Assembly: GCA_963781765.1 (NCBI GenBank)
Contig: CAWAHC010000005.1
Coordinates: 486,929 to 550,928 of the forward strand
Source of the DNA: an uncultured Gemmatimonadaceae bacterium
GTDB lineage: Bacteria > Gemmatimonadota > Gemmatimonadetes > Gemmatimonadales > Gemmatimonadaceae
Length of the DNA stretch: 64,000 bases
Reading direction: 5' to 3'
A model generated the notes under the pieces. The model searched no databases and was not told the origin of the DNA. It saw only the letters and a program-made list of their open reading frames with translations. Positions 36,163-44,624 of the stretch are shown piece by piece. Position 1 is the first letter of the stretch. Each line of letters opens with the position of its first letter. The translations under genes were made by a program, and so were the position numbers.

Positions 36163-36546
36163 TCAGCGTTTCTGTACGGCGATGGCCTGGATCTCGATCG
36201 AGCATCCGGGCTTCAACTCGCCCACCGGCACGATGGCCCGCGCCGGGCAGTGGTTGCCGAGCATGCGCGAATAGGCCGCGTTTACGGCGCCCCAGAGATC
36301 GCGGCCCGTGACGTAGATGGTCACCGAGAGCAGGCGGTCGAGTCCACTGCCCGCGGCGCGGAGTACCGCTTCCACGTTGCGCAGCGTCTGCTCGGTCTGC
36401 GCCTCGGCGTCGCCGGGGCCGACGACCTCGCCGGTGGCGGGATCCAGCGGGAGCTGCCCGGCCACGTACACCAGGCCCCCGTGGACGACGGCCTGGGAAT
36501 AGTGGCCGGCCGGTTGTGGCGCGTTGGGGGTGGAGATGGATTGCAC
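36163..36546 (-). CDS. RidA/YjgF/L-PSP family reactive-intermediate deaminase
   Basis: At 127 aa it shows the typical RidA pattern AGHYSQAVVHGGLVYVAGQLPLDP ... PARAIVPVGELKPGCSIEIQAIA. Confidence 0.9.
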   Translation of the reverse strand: MQSISTPNAPQPAGHYSQAVVHGGLVYVAGQLPLDPATGEVVGPGDAEAQTEQTLRNVEAVLRAAGSGLDRLLSVTIYVTGRDLWGAVNAAYSRMLGNHCPARAIVPVGELKPGCSIEIQAIAVQKR

Positions 36547-36652
36547 GTGAGACCCCGCGGTTCAAGTCGGCGGCGCGGCGCCGACTCGGGGATGCGGGGC
36601 ACCACCGATGGCGTGCGCGACCACCGAATGTGGCCGACGGGGGGGAGTTCGT

Positions 36653-36826
36653 CTAGCGGCGCACTTCGGCGCGATGTTCGCGCCGATCGGCCACCAGGAA
36701 CAGCACGGCGAAGGAGGCCCAGACGGCAGCCATCGCCCAGGAATGGGCACGAATGGCCTCGAGGAGCGAGAGGCCGAAGAAGAGCACGAAGATGGCGAAG
36801 TTGGCGCTGAGCTGAAGGTTCCGCAT
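36653..36826 (-). CDS. 57-aa small membrane protein (two TM segments)
   Basis: Track ORF 36653..36931 trimmed to MRNLQLSANFAIFVLFFGLSLL. Third codon positions are G/C-rich. Confidence 0.5.
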   Translation of the reverse strand: MRNLQLSANFAIFVLFFGLSLLEAIRAHSWAMAAVWASFAVLFLVADRREHRAEVRR

Positions 36827-36982
36827 GGTCGGGTCCGTCTTTCGGTGAGGCCGTGATCGGGAGAAGCGGGACTGCGATGCGGCATCCGCCGCGTACGCCG
36901 CAACTAATCGGCGTCCCGTGCTCCCATACATCAGGGAATCGGCGGGCGCCTGAGGGCGATTGCCCTACACCGCTTCACTGCC

Positions 36983-37774
36983 TCACCACACGATGAGACT
37001 GCAGCACGTCACCCCGCCCTCCGCCTTGGCCAACTCGCTCGCCGGGACGGTGTGCAGCTTCAGGTCGCGCCGCTCCAGGCGCTCGGCGGTGCGCGGAAAT
37101 TCCGCGGGATAGATCAACTGTTCGCCGATCCGCAGCGCGTTGGCCCCGGCGGGTTCGAACGGGTGCACGTCCACGAGATCGTATGCGCGAAAGGCGTCGG
37201 CTCGCGTCCAGGCACGGTTGATGAGCAGCGTCCTCCCGCCGATGGCGGTCACCGCCGACTTGAGATGCAGGCAGCCGAGCACGGGCACCGCTTCCACCGT
37301 ATAGCCGAAGGGGCGGAGAACGGCGCGGAGTTGCTCGACGCCGGCTTCGTTGGTGCGCGACGACGATCCCACGAAGACGTGCCGGTCCACCACGAGCACG
37401 TCGCCGCCATCGAGCGTGCCCGGTGGCTGGATGCGCGCCGAGGGCCGGCGCGGAGCGAGCGCGCGTTCCACCGGCGGCAACTCCGCTCGGCGCGATTCGG
37501 CTCCGGGGTGCGTCATCACGGCGATCTCGTCGAACACGAGCGCCGTGTCCTCGATGAATACGGCGTCGGGCAGATCGGGCGGGGTCGGCACGCGCTCCAC
37601 CGTGCACCCCACGACGCGGAGCGCCTCCTCGTACGCGGCGTGCTGTGTGCGCGCGCGGCCCACGTCGATCGGCACGCGATCGCGATGCGTGAGTTCGCAA
37701 TGCACGATCGCGGCGGTCACGTCGCGCGTGAGCGCCGTCGGTTGTGCGCCGGTGGAGGTACCGGAGTTGGTCAT
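36983..37774 (-). CDS. dimethylarginine dimethylaminohydrolase / amidinotransferase family protein
   Basis: The C-terminal nucleophile motif is KAEGGVTCCSLIVW, and the overall size is right for DDAH-like guanidino-modifying enzymes. Confidence 0.8.
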   Translation of the reverse strand: MTNSGTSTGAQPTALTRDVTAAIVHCELTHRDRVPIDVGRARTQHAAYEEALRVVGCTVERVPTPPDLPDAVFIEDTALVFDEIAVMTHPGAESRRAELPPVERALAPRRPSARIQPPGTLDGGDVLVVDRHVFVGSSSRTNEAGVEQLRAVLRPFGYTVEAVPVLGCLHLKSAVTAIGGRTLLINRAWTRADAFRAYDLVDVHPFEPAGANALRIGEQLIYPAEFPRTAERLERRDLKLHTVPASELAKAEGGVTCCSLIVW

Positions 37775-37790
37775 GCGGTGGGGGGGAAGG

Positions 37791-38486
37791 TCAGCGGCCT
37801 CCGCGATGCGACTGCGGTGCCCGTGAGGATATGAGGAGGATGTCGTGGATTCGCCAGGTGCCCGTCGGGTCGGCGCGAAGCGCGACGGCGACGGTGTGCC
37901 CGCAGGCGGGTCCGCACTGCCAGTCGACGAACACGATGGCGGAGTGGCGCGACGTGTCGAACCCGATGGGCGAGAACCAGAGGAATCCCGATGCGCCGCC
38001 GTGGCGCTCCTTGAAGGCCTTCCAGTGCGCTGTGTCGGGCTGCGCAGCCACCACGGCCGCCGAGTCGGGCGCCACGGACTGCAGCAGCAGCTGGCCGGCG
38101 GCCACGCCGGCCAGCGTCATCGGCTCGCCGATGCGTACGAGCAGGTTGGCACGGGCCGTGATCGCGTTCGCCGAGTCGCCCGCGGCCCACCAGAGCGGAT
38201 CGAGCCCCCAGCGGGTCATGAACGGTCGGCAACTCGATGCCAGACAGGCGGTATCGAGTGTGGAGGTCACGATGCCGACGGAGCGGCCGGTGTTCCGCAC
38301 GTATACCGATTCGGCGACGGTCCGGTAGATGGCGACTTCCGGCGCGTTCGGTACCGGGGTCGGCGCCGTCGTCGGGCGGCGGGAGCATCCCGCGGCGGCG
38401 ACGACGAGTGCGGCGACCAGGATCGAGGGAACAACGGAGGCACGGCGGCGGGGCGGAGCCCATGCGCCGCCAGGGGGTGGGGTCAT
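37791..38486 (-). CDS. hypothetical lipoprotein
   Basis: The signal peptide carries the lipobox LVVAAAGC. No other family is recognised. It lies 17 nt upstream of the DDAH-like gene on the same strand. Confidence 0.65.
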   Translation of the reverse strand: MTPPPGGAWAPPRRRASVVPSILVAALVVAAAGCSRRPTTAPTPVPNAPEVAIYRTVAESVYVRNTGRSVGIVTSTLDTACLASSCRPFMTRWGLDPLWWAAGDSANAITARANLLVRIGEPMTLAGVAAGQLLLQSVAPDSAAVVAAQPDTAHWKAFKERHGGASGFLWFSPIGFDTSRHSAIVFVDWQCGPACGHTVAVALRADPTGTWRIHDILLISSRAPQSHRGGR

Positions 38487-38554
38487 GACCGCAACGCTAC
38501 GCCGATCCCCGAGATGCGATAGAAGCCGGAGATTAACTCCAGATTAGGATTTGC

Positions 38555-41500
38555 TTAACGGGGGTTGTTCGTCCGGGATTCGCCGCTCCCACGCCCGCGC
38601 CTCGAGCCCGGCCGTCCCACGCTTCCGCGTCCCGGTTCCCGCGCTGCCTTCGTCCCTCTGGGCAGCACCGGCTTCACCCGCGCCTCGCTCCGGTTCACGA
38701 ACCCGTCGTACTCCGCGACATTGTGCTTCACCCGGTTCTCCCCCTCGGCGAGATACCGCGCCAACGCGTGGACTTCGGTGAGGCCCGCGCCCGCTACCAG
38801 CTTGAGCCAGTCGCCGCGGGCGGTCTCGTCGGGCGCCTCGGTGACCATCGAGAAGTAGCTGATGCGCGGACTGCTGAGCGGTGAGGCCGCCGCGCCGCCG
38901 CGTCCCCCGCGTCCGTTGCCACCGCCGTCGAGCGGACGGCCACGCAGCGCCTGGTACACCAGGATGCCATGCCGGAAGTACTCGCGGAAGTTCTCCACGT
39001 CCTGGCGGCCGTATTTCTGGTAGCGGGCGTAGAGTCGGTGATTCATGGCCTGCACGGCGGAGTCGCCGGTGATGGCGGCCGCCACGGTATCGAGAATGGC
39101 GAACTGCGCCTGTTTCCATTCCGGATGCGCCGGGTCGTCCACGTAGCTGAAGCCCGGCACGAACCACCCGCGCGGCGCCCACCATTGCCGCGACTCTCCG
39201 GTCCGGCCGCGCACCCACGCCGAGTAGCCGGCAAAGAGTTGCACCCATTCATGGCTGGGGTACCCGTGCAGGTTCATGAAGATGTCGGGCAGCCACATGG
39301 CCTGCAGCTCGGGGCGCACGTTCGACTCCGGATACACCGGATCCGGCGTGCCCGCCCCGGTGGTCGCGTCGACGCCCAGCGCCCCCAGATAGCTGGCGTG
39401 GAGCATGTAGTCGGGGGTGATCTGCTGATAGTCGTAGTCGAGCTGCGCGCCGTCGGCGTTCATGATCGGGTGCAGCACGATGTTCACCTTGCGCAGCAGG
39501 CTCGCGTACGCTGTATCGGTGGCCAACTGCTCGCCGAAGCGCAGGATGTAACTGGTGCTCGATACCTCGTTGGCATGCTGGCGCCCCGAGAGCAGGAGCG
39601 TGGGCTTGAGCGCGTCGAGCTTGGCCTGCGACACGAACTTCGCGTCCATTGGCGGAAGGAAGTCCTCGGCGAAGATGTTCTTGCCGAGGAACGACCGCCC
39701 CACCCAGTACGGATGCACGCCCGGGAAGGTCGCGAAGCTGGCCATGTCCGAGTCGGCTTCCGGAGGAGGAATGGGCGTGTCCCACTGCACGATCTGCTGC
39801 CCGTGGTACTTGAAGTCCTTGGCGTAGAGTACGGGGCGCTCGGTGGACATCGGGTGCGGGCTGCGCACCGTCTGCACGAACCGGCTGTACTTGACGGTGC
39901 TGTCGTGCAGGGTGATGCGGAACAGCAGCGATCCCACGCGGTCGAAGCTCAGCGCGCTGTCGGCCACGCCCTGTACATGGAGCCGGGCCATGGCGCGCAC
40001 CATGCCGGCCAGCAGGTCGGCGGGGAGCATCTGCCGGTCGACGCTCTCTTCGGTGCCGCGGAGCTTGTAGTCGTTCCAGGCGTACGAGGAATCGTTGGCG
40101 GTGACGTCGAACATGAGTTGCGCGACGCCGTCGGCGCCGGCCTTCACGCGAATGCCGTGCAACGCCGGCGATGGGGTCGGGAGGGGCGACAGGTCGTACC
40201 GGTCACGCACCGGATCGTGTCCGCGTTCGTGATAGGCCATCACCAGTCGCGGCACCACGTTGTCCTTGCCGGTGAAGCTGATCTTCACGTGCGGCGGCCG
40301 GCCGTCCACGGGCAGCCCGATGTGCGGCAGGATGCGTCCCGGATAGTTGACGTTGCCGATCCCCCAGCGACCGCCCAGCAGGTCGAACAGGGTGAGCGTC
40401 TCGAAGTAGATGTCCTCGTGGATCGCCTCCATCGACGAGATCTGCTCCTCGTCGAGGCCGATGCGGTAGCTCGGCTCGCTCGCCGACAGCGAGACGTCGA
40501 GGCGATCGAAGTAGGGCGCGTAGCCCTGCGACGGGCGGCCGTCCTGCACGTCCATGAAGTAGTCGGCGATCTTCGGGTAGGTCTTCTGCTGGAAATAGTC
40601 CCAGAAGGTCTCGGGGTCGGTCTCCACGCGTTGGTCGAGCACGGTCTTCCCGCGATCCACGACGTGCACCCACCCGGTGGTCACGCGGATGTGCTCGTAC
40701 GACGGGAAGAGATCGAACATCGGGCGGATCACGTACTTGGGACTGAACGACGCCGAGAGGATGGTGCTCCCGTCGGCGGCGGTGGCCTTCACCGTGTAGA
40801 TGGGATCGGTCTTGTCGGTCGGGGTGAAGGTGATCGCCGAGTCAGGGACGCCGAGCTGCTTGGCCATCACGTCGTCGATGGGATACAGCTCCTGCAACCA
40901 GCGGGTAGGCGACTCCACCTGGCTCCACCGCACTTCCTTCGAGTCCTTGAGCGAGAGATAGGTGATGGCGATGTGCGCCGCGTGCTTGCCGGCGAGCTGC
41001 GGCATGATCACGTCGTGCAACCATCCGTACCCCTGCTTGTACGCACTGAGCACTTTCACGTCCATGGCGCCGTTCGGCACGCCTCTGGACGCGAGCTCCC
41101 GGCGGATCTGCGCGGCAATCTTCTCACGCTCGGCGGGTGACTCGCTGAGCCGGACCTCGATCGTGCCCTTGCTCGACGCCGAGAACTCGGGCAGCGCCGC
41201 GGCGCGGAAGTCTTTCCAGAAGGCGTCCACTTCCCAGGGGAGCGTCGCTTCCTGCGTGAAGATGGTCTTCCCGCCGCCGAAGCCCGTCTTCTGCGTGAGC
41301 ACGGTGACCTTGGCGTTCGGAAACCGCTCGTGCACCATCTGTCGGGCGTAGTCGTCGAGGCCCGCGTAGCGATCCTTGGCGGCAATCTCGACGCCGATGG
41401 AATCGATGGTCTTGCCCTGCAGCCGGTCGAGCCACTGGCCGAGCTTGTACACCGCGAGCGCGATCTGCCCGGGGGCCTCCCGCGCCTGAAGGAAGCGCCG

Positions 41501-42877
41501 GACCTCGGTCTCGACATCGGAGAGCTGGTAGTTGCCCTTGCCGTATTTCCAGAGATACGGCATGCGACGGGCGGCGTAGTCGGTGATCGCGTCGAGCCCG
41601 GCCTTGTCGGGGGCGCCGATCACGAGGCCGTTCTTGCCGCCGAAGCCGCCGTGTACGAACTGCATGAAGCCTTCGCCCGGCGTGTCGGCGGCGCCCACGA
41701 GTTCGCCGGCGGCCCCGAGTCGGCGTGTCTGGTAGTGATCGACGCCGAACACGATCGGGAAGCCGGACTTCTCGGGATGGTCGTCCTCGCCGCTCACGCG
41801 CACGAAGGGCAGCCGCATACCGGCCGTCTCCAGTCCCACCCGCTCGCTGAACGCGGCGAGTTCGTCGGGCGACTGCGTGCCGTGCAGCGAGACGAACGCA
41901 TCGGCGCGATCGGGGAGGAGATCTTTATCGGAGTCGCGGAACAGGCCCTTGATGGTGTAGAGGTCGCCGAGTGAGAACGACGGGTCGTCGTGTGGGGTGT
42001 ACTCGGCGCCTGCCTTGGTCTGCCACGGCTTGGGCGGGAGCAGGTGCACGGTGCGCGTGACGCCGCCGGCGGAGAGCGCGAGGTCCACGCGGTCGAGGTC
42101 GGCAAACCGCACCGTCGAATCGGGCTTGTCGAGTGCGGTCGCGGCGCGTTCGCGCGACGCGGTGTCGGCGAATTGGAGGGTGACGTCAGCGCGGGCCACA
42201 CCGGGGTGGGCGGCGTCGATCACGAAGCGATCGAGTGACAGCGCCGTCGGGGCCGCCTCGTGCTCGGAAAGAAAGCTGTCCACCCGGGCGGCGAGGTCAG
42301 CGTAGGTGATGCCGTGCGTGCTCCAGACGTTCGGGTAGCGTCCCGAGAAGTAGCCGGCCGCGGCCAGCAGTCCGGAGCCGTCTTCGCCGGCGAGCAGCAC
42401 GCCTCCCTGCTTGAAGAACGCATTCGGCGCGACGCGCACCGCGGCGCCCTGTCCGGGGGCCAGACCGTCGACGGCGTGCGCGAGCGCGGCGCCGCCCCTG
42501 GCCACCAGCGCGTTGCCGGCACCGATGAGGATCACGGGCACGTCGTACGCCGCGACGCGGGCCGTGTCGCTGGTGGTCAGGTCCAGGTTGGCCGCGGAGG
42601 TCTCGTAGCCCAGTCGGGCGGCGACGTTGGCCGCGGCGGCGACGTCGGCCTCGGAGGGCGACGCCGGAAGCACGATCTTCGCGTTCACGAAGTCGATGAC
42701 GTCGTCGCGATTGCGATCCTGCAGGATGTAGCCGGGCGCGAGCACGTTGCGCAGGTCTCCGGCGGTATCGACGCGGGCGCGCGCGGGAGCCTGGGCGCGG
42801 GCGACGGCGGGGATCACGGCGAGGAGCCCCAAGACGGCGATCGCCCGAGGCGGGATGCGGCGAGATGGCAGATGCAT
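38555..42877 (-). CDS. very large secreted protein (1440 aa) with C-terminal M14 zinc-carboxypeptidase-like domain
   Basis: Track ORF trimmed to MHLPSRRIPPRAIAVLGLLAVIPAVARAQA (signal peptide). The zinc motif is GRQHANEVSS, with HxxE at nt 39566-39577. The third ligand region is NLHGYPSHEW, with His near nt 39266. Confidence 0.85.
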   Translation of the reverse strand: MHLPSRRIPPRAIAVLGLLAVIPAVARAQAPARARVDTAGDLRNVLAPGYILQDRNRDDVIDFVNAKIVLPASPSEADVAAAANVAARLGYETSAANLDLTTSDTARVAAYDVPVILIGAGNALVARGGAALAHAVDGLAPGQGAAVRVAPNAFFKQGGVLLAGEDGSGLLAAAGYFSGRYPNVWSTHGITYADLAARVDSFLSEHEAAPTALSLDRFVIDAAHPGVARADVTLQFADTASRERAATALDKPDSTVRFADLDRVDLALSAGGVTRTVHLLPPKPWQTKAGAEYTPHDDPSFSLGDLYTIKGLFRDSDKDLLPDRADAFVSLHGTQSPDELAAFSERVGLETAGMRLPFVRVSGEDDHPEKSGFPIVFGVDHYQTRRLGAAGELVGAADTPGEGFMQFVHGGFGGKNGLVIGAPDKAGLDAITDYAARRMPYLWKYGKGNYQLSDVETEVRRFLQAREAPGQIALAVYKLGQWLDRLQGKTIDSIGVEIAAKDRYAGLDDYARQMVHERFPNAKVTVLTQKTGFGGGKTIFTQEATLPWEVDAFWKDFRAAALPEFSASSKGTIEVRLSESPAEREKIAAQIRRELASRGVPNGAMDVKVLSAYKQGYGWLHDVIMPQLAGKHAAHIAITYLSLKDSKEVRWSQVESPTRWLQELYPIDDVMAKQLGVPDSAITFTPTDKTDPIYTVKATAADGSTILSASFSPKYVIRPMFDLFPSYEHIRVTTGWVHVVDRGKTVLDQRVETDPETFWDYFQQKTYPKIADYFMDVQDGRPSQGYAPYFDRLDVSLSASEPSYRIGLDEEQISSMEAIHEDIYFETLTLFDLLGGRWGIGNVNYPGRILPHIGLPVDGRPPHVKISFTGKDNVVPRLVMAYHERGHDPVRDRYDLSPLPTPSPALHGIRVKAGADGVAQLMFDVTANDSSYAWNDYKLRGTEESVDRQMLPADLLAGMVRAMARLHVQGVADSALSFDRVGSLLFRITLHDSTVKYSRFVQTVRSPHPMSTERPVLYAKDFKYHGQQIVQWDTPIPPPEADSDMASFATFPGVHPYWVGRSFLGKNIFAEDFLPPMDAKFVSQAKLDALKPTLLLSGRQHANEVSSTSYILRFGEQLATDTAYASLLRKVNIVLHPIMNADGAQLDYDYQQITPDYMLHASYLGALGVDATTGAGTPDPVYPESNVRPELQAMWLPDIFMNLHGYPSHEWVQLFAGYSAWVRGRTGESRQWWAPRGWFVPGFSYVDDPAHPEWKQAQFAILDTVAAAITGDSAVQAMNHRLYARYQKYGRQDVENFREYFRHGILVYQALRGRPLDGGGNGRGGRGGAAASPLSSPRISYFSMVTEAPDETARGDWLKLVAGAGLTEVHALARYLAEGENRVKHNVAEYDGFVNRSEARVKPVLPRGTKAAREPGRGSVGRPGSRRGRGSGESRTNNPR

Positions 42878-43033
42878 GTTTGGCGGGCAGACGTGACGGA
42901 GGGGCGTGCGGCGGCTGCGACAAAGGAAAGGAATTCGTCCGAAGTTACGAACCGGCGCGCGGTGGAGCCAGAACGGCGCTACACTAGTCGGCGTCGTCGT
43001 CGAACCGCGGGTTCCCTCCAACCCCCGACCGCC

Positions 43034-44266
43034 ATGCGCCATACGCCGTCGTATCTCGCCCTGGTCTCGATCGCGGTCCTTGCCGGATCGCTAGCGTCGC
43101 AGGTTCCCCCGGCGGGCCGTCAGGGCGGCCGCGGCTTCATGGGCGGCGCCGTTCAGATCAAGGACGGCGAGCAGTGTCCCGCCGGCATGACGGAGATCCG
43201 GCCGCGCCTGTGCCGAGCGCCGGAATTCACGCCGCCGAGCATCGTCGACTACCGCCCGCATTCGACGCTTGTGACTGCCGAGCATCTGAAGCCAAAGGCC
43301 AAGTACCCGGCCATCGACTTTCACGGGCATCCCGGCGGGTTGCTCGGGTCCCAGGAAGGGCTCACGCATCTGGGCAATGCGCTGGACAGCCTCAATGTGC
43401 GGATGATGATCGCTGCCGACAATGTGTCGGGCGACCGGCTGGCGACATACGTGGGGAACATCAAAGCGTCGCCGAAGATGAACGGACGCGCGTTCGTGCT
43501 GGCGGGCATCAACTTTCGCGACGTCGGGCCCGAGTGGGCGGACAGAGCGGTGAAGCAGCTCGACGCCGACATCGCGGCGGGCGCGGTAGGGGTGGGCGAG
43601 ATCTCGAAGAGCCTCGGTCTCTCGATCCGGAAGCCGGACGGCACGCGGTTGCGTATCGACGATCCCGAGCTCGATCCGATCTGGGACGAATGCGCGCGCC
43701 TGGGGGTTCCCGTGTTCATCCACACGGCCGACCCGCAGGAGTTCTTCCAACCCATCGACTACACCAACGAACGGTGGTTGGAACTCTCACTATTCGGCGA
43801 CCGGCGCTACCCGCAGGATCGGTATCCGAGCTTCGAGGAGCTGATGACCGAGCGGGACAACATGTTCCGCAGGCATCCGAAGACGGTCTTCGTGGCGGCG
43901 CACATGGGGTGGCACGCCAACGATCTTGCGTCGCTGGGCCGGATGCTAGACGCGATGCCGAACGTGTACACGGAGATCGGCGCGGTGCTGTACGACATCG
44001 GGCGCCAGCCGCGGGGCGCGCACGACTTTTTCGTGAAGTACCAGGACCGCATTCTGTTCGGGAAGGATTCCTTCCAGCCCGGAGAATATCCGTACTACTG
44101 GCGGGTGCTCGAAACGTCGGACGAGTACTTCGACTATTACCGGCCGTACCACGCGTTCTGGAAGCTGTACGGCATCGACCTGCCGGACAGCGTGTTGAAG
44201 AAGGTGTACTACGCGAATGCGGTGAAGATCACGAAGAAGCTGCCGCGGGAGGGGTGGCCGAAGTAG
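43034..44266 (+). CDS. secreted amidohydrolase-2 family (TIM-barrel metal hydrolase) protein
   Basis: Track ORF 42260..44266 trimmed to MRHTPSYLALVSIAVLAGSLASQ. The metal motif is IDFHGHP, with later VFIHTADP and AAHMGW. Confidence 0.85.
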   Translation: MRHTPSYLALVSIAVLAGSLASQVPPAGRQGGRGFMGGAVQIKDGEQCPAGMTEIRPRLCRAPEFTPPSIVDYRPHSTLVTAEHLKPKAKYPAIDFHGHPGGLLGSQEGLTHLGNALDSLNVRMMIAADNVSGDRLATYVGNIKASPKMNGRAFVLAGINFRDVGPEWADRAVKQLDADIAAGAVGVGEISKSLGLSIRKPDGTRLRIDDPELDPIWDECARLGVPVFIHTADPQEFFQPIDYTNERWLELSLFGDRRYPQDRYPSFEELMTERDNMFRRHPKTVFVAAHMGWHANDLASLGRMLDAMPNVYTEIGAVLYDIGRQPRGAHDFFVKYQDRILFGKDSFQPGEYPYYWRVLETSDEYFDYYRPYHAFWKLYGIDLPDSVLKKVYYANAVKITKKLPREGWPK

Positions 44267-44269
44267 GGG

Positions 44270-44602
44270 CTACGGCCCCGGCTTCGGCCCGAACATCTGC
44301 GTCAGTGCCTTCCAGATCAGCGCGTACGTGGTGTAGGCCACGAACATCGAGCAGACGATGACAAGCGCCAGCACTTCGAACCCCACACGCACCGTGAGTA
44401 GCCGCTCCCAGTTTCCGGCCATGTAGCCGCGGGCGCCGAGGATCGCGACGCTGAGGAGCAGCAGCCACCGGGCCATGCGCAGGCCGCCGCGAATGGCGTA
44501 GCCCTTGCGACCCAAGGCCTGCGCCAGTTCGTACTCCTCCCGGGTGAGCCGCGGGTTGGGCGACAGAATGCCGCGAAGGCTCACCACCATCGCCTCCGGC
44601 AC
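44270..44602 (-). CDS. hypothetical membrane protein (110 aa)
   Basis: Two hydrophobic helices are present. It lies 22 nt downstream of the GH38 gene on the same strand. Function is unknown. Confidence 0.5.
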   Translation of the reverse strand: MPEAMVVSLRGILSPNPRLTREEYELAQALGRKGYAIRGGLRMARWLLLLSVAILGARGYMAGNWERLLTVRVGFEVLALVIVCSMFVAYTTYALIWKALTQMFGPKPGP

Positions 44603-44624
44603 ATCGGGAGCCGCGGGAATCGCG

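Noticed and set aside
38969-41140. 723-aa plus-strand ORF, and many 150-500-aa alternative-frame ORFs elsewhere (for example 61587..63620, 56121..57599, 45810..47180, 23392..24540)
   Set aside because: All lie opposite to or out of frame with genes that have strong family signatures. None shows a motif, signal peptide or plausible ribosome-binding site.
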